From: Acidimicrobiales bacterium
GTDB lineage: Bacteria; Actinomycetota; Acidimicrobiia; Acidimicrobiales; CAIXPF01
Reading direction: 5' to 3'
NCBI GenBank assembly: GCA_046155365.1
Contig: JBJXFH010000153.1
Coordinates: forward strand, 6,888 to 70,887
DNA: 64,000 bases
Numbering within the stretch: the first letter of the stretch is position 1; every line of letters starts with the position of its first letter. The position numbers and the translations under genes were made by a program. The notes below the pieces were generated by a model. The model was given only the letters and a program-made list of their open reading frames with translations. It made no database searches and had not been told where the DNA came from. Of this stretch, positions 57,356-64,000 are shown one piece after another.

Positions 57356-57614
57356 TGGTTCGCGCCCGGTGCTACGGGTAGCGGACCAACGCCGAACGGC
57401 AGGCTGCAGGGCAGGTGCGGGAGTTCGTTCCCGATGGTGCCCATGGTCCCACCTCCCTTTTGCCCTGAGCGGCCGCCGGGCGACCACCTTCGGCCATCTA
57501 CCCACGCTTGGCAGCGCTGTAACCACACAACGAGCTTCCATCGTGACAGACCGTGGTCACTACCGCGCGGATGGTCACCATCGGGCGAGGGCGAGGAACC
57601 TGCGGGGCTGATCT

Positions 57615-57630
57615 GGAGGCGGGGGCCTCC
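57615..57630 (-). terminator. short GC hairpin after the SDR gene
   Basis: ggaggc-gggg-gcctcc, 9 nt beyond the stop at 57639; no U-tract. Confidence 0.3.
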
Positions 57631-57638
57631 CGATCGGC

Positions 57639-58412
57639 TTACTCCGTGGGAGTGGTCCCCACCTTCGAGGGCGAGATGAGTCCCCCACCGTCACAGACGA
57701 TGGTCTGGCCCGTGATCCATGACGACGCATCGCTGGCCAGAAAAACCGTCGCCGCCGCAATGTCTTCGGGCTCCCCGAGACGCTGAAGGGGATAGGCCAG
57801 AGCAACCTCGGCACCCCGCTTGCCCTCCCACAACACCCGGGCGAAGTCGGTCTTGATCAGCCCCGGCGCCACGCAGTTGACCCGGGTGTGGGGACCCAAC
57901 TCCGAGGCCAACTGCTTGGTGAGGTGGATCAGGGCGGCTTTGGTGATGTCGTACACGCCCAGGATCACGCTGGTGGTGAGCCCGCCCACGGAGGAGATGT
58001 TCACGATCGAGCCGCCGTGGTCTTTCATCCATCGCTCCCAGCTCAGCTGGGTCCACACCAACGGCGCGGTGATGTTGACCTGCAGGGTCTTGTTCCAGCG
58101 GGGCAGGTCCACGTCAATGGTGGGACCGGCGTAGGGGTTGGCCGCGGCGTTGTTCACCAGCACGTCGATGGCACCGTGGCGGCGCATCACCTCGTCGAGA
58201 CAACGTTCGGACTGGTCGGGTTCGCCCACGTTGGTGGCGATCCAGTCACAGTTGCCGCCGATTTCCTTGGCGGTCGCTTCTAGCTGGTCGGCCTTCCGGG
58301 ACACGATCACCACCTGGGCGCCGGATGCCGCGCAGGCCATGGCGATGCCCCGGCCGATCCCCTTGGAGCCGCCGGTGATGACCGCCACCTTGTTGTCCAA
58401 ACGCATGTCCAT
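57639..58412 (-). CDS. short-chain dehydrogenase/reductase (SDR)
   Basis: [24 protein letters not shown]... (TGxxxGxG), NNAA, catalytic S...YxxxK (…SSVGG…YDITKAAL…). ATG 58412; the longer ORF extension is rejected. Confidence 0.85.
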   Translation of the reverse strand: MDMRLDNKVAVITGGSKGIGRGIAMACAASGAQVVIVSRKADQLEATAKEIGGNCDWIATNVGEPDQSERCLDEVMRRHGAIDVLVNNAAANPYAGPTIDVDLPRWNKTLQVNITAPLVWTQLSWERWMKDHGGSIVNISSVGGLTTSVILGVYDITKAALIHLTKQLASELGPHTRVNCVAPGLIKTDFARVLWEGKRGAEVALAYPLQRLGEPEDIAAATVFLASDASSWITGQTIVCDGGGLISPSKVGTTPTE

Positions 58413-58605
58413 CGGCGCTGACCTTAAACGACTGGTTTGCGGGCTGCTCGGACGTTCACCCGCCGGAATCTTTACCTCGGCCTGCTGCGAGGGGGCGTAC
58501 GGTTGGCTTGCTGCCGTTCGGGGAAAGCCTGGCGGTATCCCGAGGTCGTCATTGAGTCCGATCTCTCGCAGCCCAGGTCGCCGGGATGAGGCGTCAGGAG
58601 GAGCC

Positions 58606-59235
58606 GTGGCCGATCGGTCGACGTTCGCCGAGGTAGCCATGCCGTACATGGCCCCCTTGTATGCCGCCGCGCTCCGGATGACCCGCAATCCCGCCGAGGC
58701 CGAGGACCTTGTGCAGGAAACGTACCTGCGGGCGTTCCGTGGCTTTGGCAACTTCCAGGAGGGCACCAACCTCAAGGCCTGGCTTTACCGCATTCTCACC
58801 AACACCTTCATCAACACCTACCGGGCCAAGAAACGCCGTCCGGAACTAACCGAACTCGACGACATCGAGGATCTCTACCTCTACCGTCGTCTCGGAGGCC
58901 TGGCCGGAGCCACCGCCGGGCGAAGTGCCGAGGACGAGCTGATGGACCTGTTCAGCGAGGCCGAGGTAGTCAGCGCGGTGGAGGGCCTGCCGGAACAGTT
59001 TCGCATCGCGGTCCTGCTGGCCGATGTGGAGGGTTTCGCCTACAAGGAGATCGCCGAGATCCTTGCTATCCCCATCGGCACCGTCATGAGTCGATTGCAT
59101 CGGGGAAGAAAGGCGCTCCAGAAGCAGTTATACGACTACGCCAGCTCCCGGGGACTGGTGCGGCCCACGCCGGCGCCCACCCCTGTGCTGGAGGACGACG
59201 TGACCATCGTGGACGGCGACCCCGTCCGCCCCTGA
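58606..59235 (+). CDS. sigH: ECF sigma factor, SigH/SigR-like
   Basis: AGGAGG SD then GTG 58606; ...[30 protein letters not shown]...; region 4 ...[28 protein letters not shown].... Followed by a ZAS anti-sigma. Confidence 0.85.
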   Translation: MADRSTFAEVAMPYMAPLYAAALRMTRNPAEAEDLVQETYLRAFRGFGNFQEGTNLKAWLYRILTNTFINTYRAKKRRPELTELDDIEDLYLYRRLGGLAGATAGRSAEDELMDLFSEAEVVSAVEGLPEQFRIAVLLADVEGFAYKEIAEILAIPIGTVMSRLHRGRKALQKQLYDYASSRGLVRPTPAPTPVLEDDVTIVDGDPVRP

Positions 59236-59252
59236 CCTGAATCGGTGTAACG

Positions 59253-59696
59253 GTGGCGAACTCCCACGAAGCGCACGATCCTCACGAACACCGTCCCGCC
59301 CGGGACGGCCACGAGCCACGGTCGGCCCCCGCTCCCGGCGACAACGATCAGAACGTCGATCTTGACTGTGGCGCGGCGTTGCACGAGTTGTACCGCTACC
59401 TCGACGGCGAGATGCCGCACCCGGACCATCAGCGGTTGGGTCAGCACCTGCAGGATTGCGTGGGGTGCTTGTCCTCGTTCGATTTCGAGCAGGTGCTGTG
59501 GCGGGTGGTGCGGCTTCATCTCAGCGCGGCGCAGCGGGTGGTGGCCCCACCGCCCACGTTGGCCACCCGCATCACGATCTCCATGCAGATCGAAGCCCGG
59601 AATCTCCCCGACCGGAACCTCCCCGGCGCTGGTCCTCTCCAGCCGAATCTTCTCCGACCGAATCTTCCCGAGGGCGGCTTGAACGGTCCGAACTGA
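59253..59696 (+). CDS. rshA: ZAS-family anti-sigma factor (RsrA/RshA-like) with His-rich N-terminal and repeat-bearing C-terminal extensions
   Basis: ...DCGAALHELYRYLDGEM...HLQDCVGCLSSFDFEQ... (HxxxCxxC). Immediately downstream of the ECF sigma. Confidence 0.75.
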   Translation: MANSHEAHDPHEHRPARDGHEPRSAPAPGDNDQNVDLDCGAALHELYRYLDGEMPHPDHQRLGQHLQDCVGCLSSFDFEQVLWRVVRLHLSAAQRVVAPPPTLATRITISMQIEARNLPDRNLPGAGPLQPNLLRPNLPEGGLNGPN

Positions 59697-59827
59697 GGGT
59701 ACAGCGCTGGTTGAGAGGTCCCCCGGGACCCGGTCGGGCACCCCAACGGGTCCCGATTCAAACAAGCAACCCAGCGCCGGGTCAGGGTTCATCCCCCGAC
59801 CCGGCTTACGAATCTCAGGGTGAGGAC

Positions 59828-60016
59828 ATGAGCGATACATCGGTGATCGGCTACCGCTTCGACAGCGCAGAGGGGTCCGTTCGACGGTTCCCGACCGGGC
59901 GGGTCTGCGGCGATCAAAGCTGCTCGACCCTGCTTTCGATCTATAACGACGGCGATTTCTGCGCCCGGCATGAACCCATGACCACGCTGCGGACCCGCGG
60001 CGTCAAGATCGCCTGA
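59828..60016 (+). CDS. 62-aa putative zinc-ribbon protein
   Basis: MSDTSVIGYRF...RVCGDQSCSTLLSIYNDGDFCARHEP... (C-x4-C-x12-C-x2-H); ggtgagg SD-like before ATG 59828. Confidence 0.55.
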   Translation: MSDTSVIGYRFDSAEGSVRRFPTGRVCGDQSCSTLLSIYNDGDFCARHEPMTTLRTRGVKIA

Positions 60017-60047
60017 AGACGCCGCGGCAGCCCCGCGTCGACACCGA

Positions 60048-60239
60048 GTGGCCGATGCGGCGGTGAGGGCGAATATGCTCGGACCCATGAGCTCGGCCCC
60101 AGCGACCTTGGCTGCAGTGGTGTGGCATTTTTGGATCGGCGTGGCGCTGGCCATTCCCGGCGTCTTGATGGTGCTGGCCACCATCGTGGGGTATGTGGTC
60201 AAGGTGCTCGGTCCCAAGTACGCGGGGCGCGCCCGCTGA
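60048..60239 (+). CDS. possible small single-TM protein
   Basis: ...ATLAAVVWHFWIGVALAIPGVLMVLATIVGYVVKVLGPKYAGRAR; G/C-rich third positions. Start uncertain (GTG 60048 or ATG 60075). Confidence 0.4.
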   Translation: MADAAVRANMLGPMSSAPATLAAVVWHFWIGVALAIPGVLMVLATIVGYVVKVLGPKYAGRAR

Positions 60240-61467
60240 GGCAGCCCTCCGGCACCCACGGCGTGCCCCGGTGAACGGCCGAGGCGCAGAGCAGGCAGGC
60301 CCCGACGGTGCCACCGCGGTGAGCCGGTCGGCCAACAACGGGCCGGGCGGGCCCATCGATTGGGAGCTGGCCCAACGGGTGGCTGCCCGGTTCGCGCGTC
60401 GCCAGCCCTTCGCCGCCGCCGCCTCCAGCTTCGAGCTGACCGCCAGCTACACCGCCCTCACTGATCGGGCAGAGGCCGAGGTTGCCGCTCACACCGGTTT
60501 GGCATCTCTGGCCGGACCGGCCCGGGCTCGGGTGACGGATCGGCCGGGTTGGGTGGACGCCAACCTGGCCAGCTTCCAACGCCTGCTGCACCCGCTCATT
60601 GAACGCTTCGTTGTGGACGAGGGCACAGGGGAGCCCGAGCGCCCCGGTGGGCGGCTATCGGGCACGTGGCAACGCGCCTCGGCAAAGGCCAGCGGTGCGC
60701 AGTTGGGGGCGCTTCTGGGCTGGATGTCAACCCGGGTGTTGGGTCAGTACGACCTGCTGGTGATCGAGGATCAGCGAGCCGACGAGCAGGACCTGGTCTA
60801 TTACGTGGGTCCCAACTTGTTGGCCATGGAGCGCCGTTACGCCTTCCCGCCCCAGGAGTTCCGGTTCTGGGTGGCGCTGCACGAGTGCACCCACCGGGCC
60901 CAGTTCACCGGCGTCCCCTGGTTGCGGGGCTACTTCTTGGAACAGGTCCAGGGCCTTTTGGGGTCCCTTGATCCTGATCCCAACCGGCTGTTGGAGGCCC
61001 TCAAACGCACCGTGACCGAGGTTCGCGCCGGGGAACGGCCACTGGAGCGCGGCGGTCTGGCAGCGGTGTTGGCCACCCCCGAACAGCGCCAGGTCCTGGA
61101 GCGGCTTTCGGGGCTGATGTCGTTGCTGGAGGGCCACGGCGAGGTGGTGATGAACCGTGCCGGGGCAGGCTCCGTTCCCAGCGCCTGGCGCTTCGAGCAG
61201 GTACTGCGGAACCGGCGGGAGGCGGCCCGGGGGTTCTCCCGCCTGCTGAGCCGGTTGGTGGGGCTAGAGGCCAAGCTCAACCAGTACGCCGAGGGCGAAC
61301 GGTTCATCACCGCCGTGGAAGCCAAGGGTGGGCGGGACCTGTTCGACCAGGTGTGGGCCGGTCCGCAGAACGTGCCCACCTTGGCGGAGATCCGTGAACC
61401 CCGAAAATGGATCGAACGGGTTGATGGCAGCGGAGCCTCCGAAGACCCGTCAACCCCGGCGCGCTGA
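60193..61467 (+). CDS. zinc-dependent metalloprotease (DUF2342-like)
   Basis: HExxH in ...FWVALHECTHRAQFTGVPW...; precedes tilS as in mycobacteria. Start uncertain (alternative GTG 60271). Confidence 0.75.
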   Translation: MWSRCSVPSTRGAPAEAALRHPRRAPVNGRGAEQAGPDGATAVSRSANNGPGGPIDWELAQRVAARFARRQPFAAAASSFELTASYTALTDRAEAEVAAHTGLASLAGPARARVTDRPGWVDANLASFQRLLHPLIERFVVDEGTGEPERPGGRLSGTWQRASAKASGAQLGALLGWMSTRVLGQYDLLVIEDQRADEQDLVYYVGPNLLAMERRYAFPPQEFRFWVALHECTHRAQFTGVPWLRGYFLEQVQGLLGSLDPDPNRLLEALKRTVTEVRAGERPLERGGLAAVLATPEQRQVLERLSGLMSLLEGHGEVVMNRAGAGSVPSAWRFEQVLRNRREAARGFSRLLSRLVGLEAKLNQYAEGERFITAVEAKGGRDLFDQVWAGPQNVPTLAEIREPRKWIERVDGSGASEDPSTPAR

Positions 61468-61500
61468 GACCCGCCCAGCTGCGGTGAAGGTCCCCGGGCC

Positions 61501-62478
61501 GTGACCGACCGTCGGCGCAAGGGCGGCCCTTCCGCCGCTACCGCGGTGGAGCTGCTCGGTCGCTGCACGTTCCCGGTCACGGACCAGCCGGTGAGCTGCG
61601 CGGTGTCCGGCGGCGCCGATTCGTTGGCCTTGTTGGTGCTGGCCCGGGCGGCCGGGCTGAGCGTCACCGCCATCCACGTGGACCACGGGCTCCGGCCCGG
61701 TTCTTCGGTGGAGGCTGATCTGGTACGAGCCGCGGCGCAACGGTTCGGGGCGGCGTTCGAGTCTCATACGCTGCAGGTGGCCGCCGGCGCGAACCTGGAG
61801 GCCCGGGCCCGCGCCGCCCGCTACCAGGTGCTCCCGCCCGAGGTGCTCACCGGCCACACCGCCGAGGACCGGGCTGAGACCATGTTGCTCAACCTGCTGC
61901 GGGGCAGCGGCGGTACCGGGTTGGCGGCGTTGACGCCTTCCCAGCGACGCCCGTTGTTGGGCCTGCGGCGACACGAGACGGTGGGCCTGTGTGAGCAGCT
62001 GGGCCTGGTGCCGTTTGAGGATCCGACCAACCGCGAGCCCCGCTTCAAGCGCAACCGGGTCCGGGCCGAGTTGCTGCCGCTGATGAGCGATATTGCCGAT
62101 CGGGACGTGGTGCCGCTGCTCACCCGCCTCGGGGACCATCTGGCTGAGGTTGAGGCGCTGCTGGCGGACGGATCCGCGGACCTCGACCCCACCTCCGTGG
62201 ACGCCCTGCGCACCGCTCACCCGGCGTTGGTCCGAGCGGCCCTGCGGTCCTGGTTGCGGCAGGCCGGCGGCCCCGAGCAGCACCCACCGGATCGGGCGGC
62301 GTTGGCGCGGGTTATGTCGGTGGTGGACGGTTCGAGCCGGGCCACCGACGTCGGTTCGGGGTGGCGGGTGGTCCGCCGCGAGGGCCGCTTGAGCTTGGAG
62401 GAGCCTGACGTCACGCTCGACCAGCGGAAAAAACTCCCCGTTCGGACCAGAGGGGGACCGGTGCGGCAGCTACCGTGA
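61501..62478 (+). CDS. tilS: tRNA(Ile)-lysidine synthetase
   Basis: PP-loop ...VSCAVSGGADSLALLVLA...; ...LTGHTAEDRAETMLLNLLRGSG... Confidence 0.85.
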   Translation: MTDRRRKGGPSAATAVELLGRCTFPVTDQPVSCAVSGGADSLALLVLARAAGLSVTAIHVDHGLRPGSSVEADLVRAAAQRFGAAFESHTLQVAAGANLEARARAARYQVLPPEVLTGHTAEDRAETMLLNLLRGSGGTGLAALTPSQRRPLLGLRRHETVGLCEQLGLVPFEDPTNREPRFKRNRVRAELLPLMSDIADRDVVPLLTRLGDHLAEVEALLADGSADLDPTSVDALRTAHPALVRAALRSWLRQAGGPEQHPPDRAALARVMSVVDGSSRATDVGSGWRVVRREGRLSLEEPDVTLDQRKKLPVRTRGGPVRQLP

Positions 62479-62484
62479 TCGACC

Positions 62485-63006
62485 GTGGCGCCGAAGGGTA
62501 AGTGGGCACAGGGCATTACCCCCCGCAATTTTTGTTGGATCATCAAGGACAAGCTGGCGGTGTGCGAGCGTCCGGGTGGTTACGGCGCCAATCATCGGCG
62601 GGTCCGACGCCAGGAAGAGATCATCTGGATCCGCGAGCAAGGGTTCACCCGGGTGATGTCACTGCTGACCTCCCCGCACAACCTCCACAATTACGACGAG
62701 CTGGGGATGGCTTGGTTGCACCGGCCGTTCAACCCGCTCGACGCCCCCCGGCCGGTGGTGGCGGCGCTGTATCCCGAGCTGCGGGAGTTGACGCGGTCGG
62801 GCGAGAAGCTGGTGTTGCACGGGTCGGAGTTGGGCGATGGCCTCACCGGGCTGATGGCGGGATACCTGCTGTGGACCGGGATGGTGCCGGAGGGCCCCCG
62901 GGCCATCTCCATGATGGAGCAGCTCACCGCTCGGCAGCTGGGCCCCATCGCCCGCCAACTGGTGTCCCTGGCCCAGGAGCTGCGCCCCGAGGCCGCCACC
63001 GCCTGA
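62485..63006 (+). CDS. dual-specificity-phosphatase-fold protein lacking the catalytic Cys and Arg
   Basis: Fold-typical pattern ...NFCWIIKDKLAVCERPGG...GFTRVMSLL...PFNPLDAP...KLVLHGSELGDGLTGLMAGYLLW, where HCx5R(S/T) reads HGSELGDGLT. Confidence 0.6.
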   Translation: MAPKGKWAQGITPRNFCWIIKDKLAVCERPGGYGANHRRVRRQEEIIWIREQGFTRVMSLLTSPHNLHNYDELGMAWLHRPFNPLDAPRPVVAALYPELRELTRSGEKLVLHGSELGDGLTGLMAGYLLWTGMVPEGPRAISMMEQLTARQLGPIARQLVSLAQELRPEAATA

Positions 63007-63042
63007 GCGGCCGGGCCGGCCCTTACAACCCGGGGTTCCGTT

Positions 63043-63891
63043 GTGCCCGAGCTACCAGAGGTCGAGACCATCCGCCGCCAGCTCGATCCGCTGCTGAGCG
63101 GGTCGATGGTGCTGGACGGCGGCGCCCACCCCTCCGACAAGTTCAACCGGGCCCCGCTGGCGGTGGGCGCCACCTTGGGCCCGGTACGACGACGCGGTAA
63201 ATACCTGCTCATCGACCTCGATGACGGCAGCCGGGAGCTGGTGGTTCACCTGGGCATGACCGGGGTGTTCTCCATCACCCCGCCGCAGGGGGCCGACGGA
63301 AGCGGGTTCCAGCCGGGTCCGTACACCCGGGCCTGGTGGCGGCTGGCCCACGAGCAGCACGGCGAGACGGTCCTGGTCTTCGATGACGTCCGGCGCTTCG
63401 GAAGGGTTGTGGTCGTCGAGCGGGGGGACTACGCCGACCTGCCCACCCTGGCGGCGTTGGGCCCGGACCCCTTCGACGGGTCGTTCACCGCGGAGGGGTT
63501 GTGGCGGGCCCTGGGCGCCGGTTCACAACGGCTGAAAACCCAGCTGCTCAGCCAGCGCCCGGTGGCCGGGGTGGGCAACATCTACGCTGACGAGGCATTT
63601 TGGCTGGCCAGGGTGCATCCCGCCCGGCGCGGATTGACCCGGGCCCAGGCCCTCCGCTTGCACGAGGCCATCATCAGCGTGTTGCGCCAGGGACTGGAGG
63701 CGGGCGGAACCACGCTGCGGGATTACCGGGGCGTGGACGGTAGCCGCGGCGAGAATCAGCATGGGCTCGCCTGTTACGGGCGGTCCGGTCAACCCTGCGG
63801 GCGATGTGGCGAGCCCTTACTGCGTCGGGTGTGGGACGGCCGTTCCACCACGTTCTGCCCCCGCTGCCAGGGACCCACCCCTCGGCGCTGA
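63043..63891 (+). CDS. Fpg/Nei-family DNA glycosylase
   Basis: N-terminus (M)PELPEVE; H2TH region; C-terminal zinc finger CGRCGEPL...FCPRCQ. Confidence 0.85.
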   Translation: MPELPEVETIRRQLDPLLSGSMVLDGGAHPSDKFNRAPLAVGATLGPVRRRGKYLLIDLDDGSRELVVHLGMTGVFSITPPQGADGSGFQPGPYTRAWWRLAHEQHGETVLVFDDVRRFGRVVVVERGDYADLPTLAALGPDPFDGSFTAEGLWRALGAGSQRLKTQLLSQRPVAGVGNIYADEAFWLARVHPARRGLTRAQALRLHEAIISVLRQGLEAGGTTLRDYRGVDGSRGENQHGLACYGRSGQPCGRCGEPLLRRVWDGRSTTFCPRCQGPTPRR

Positions 63892-63908
63892 GCACCGCGG
63901 AAGCGTGG

Positions 63909-64000
63909 TCAGGAAAGGACCAGGGTTCCCAGCAGGTGCTCGGCCGCGCCGCGCAACGCCTGGGTGCCGGGCTGATCCGCCAACGGCTTGATGTCCTGCA
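63909..64000 (-). CDS. 3' end of an unidentified gene running off the window
   Basis: Minus-strand frame ...QDIKPLADQPGTQALRGAAEHLLGTLVLS* with G/C-rich third positions; only 30 codons visible. Confidence 0.3.
   Translation of the reverse strand, partial: QDIKPLADQPGTQALRGAAEHLLGTLVLS

Noticed and set aside
58413-58775. Upstream extension of the SDR ORF, and the 58138-58605 extension of the sigma-factor ORF.
   Set aside because: The SDR Rossmann motif begins 10 residues after ATG 58412. The sigma gene has AGGAGG plus GTG at 58606. Both extensions are low-complexity.

Overview
GC-rich chromosomal segment of actinobacterial type. It carries WhiB, a GlnR-like regulator, DUF3499 and a Tad-like 'helicase/secretion neighbourhood' beside topA and holB; gene order recalls the mycobacterial Rv364x-Rv368x region (from memory). 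I call about 60 protein genes and 3 tRNAs (Pro-CGG, Sec-UCA, Thr-CGU). There is no rRNA, no CRISPR array and no intact transposon.

Gene blocks in order:
- Acyl-CoA metabolism: thioesterase-like, crotonase, B12 acyl-CoA mutase.
- aat, an S51 peptidase and a cyclophilin.
- ask-asd, then an orphan AAA+ ATPase.
- MazG-like, DUF3499 and tRNA-Pro.
- Receiver protein and STAS protein, an ArsA-ArsA fusion, NfeD and WhiB.
- selB-selA.
- Fe-S block: Mrp/ApbC, an HTH regulator, ErpA, and a fused 2Fe-2S/compact XDH-like protein.
- Nitrogen block: glnR-like, glnA2-like, glnA, glnE, nadE.
- An RpoD-family sigma factor.
- tRNA-Sec with a decayed integrative element.
- Tad-like locus plus a DExH/DUF1998 helicase.
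- STAS/RsbW pair, topA, MFS transporter, holB.
- A PAS-GGDEF-EAL protein, tRNA-Thr and an SDR.
- SigH-like ECF sigma with a ZAS anti-sigma.
- Metalloprotease, tilS, a phosphatase-like protein and Fpg/Nei.

I do not see an unambiguous new multi-gene system; most of the window is conserved core genome. The observations most worth follow-up are:
- The tRNA-Sec-linked element remnant, with direct repeats and TGACC arm motifs.
- The compact 2Fe-2S/XDH-like fusion inside the Fe-S neighbourhood.
- The single-polypeptide ArsA pair.
- The orphan AAA+ ATPase.
- A Cys/Arg-less phosphatase-fold protein.
- A dispersed 35-bp palindromic repeat.

All functional calls rest on reading motifs in the supplied translations. 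No database search was run.
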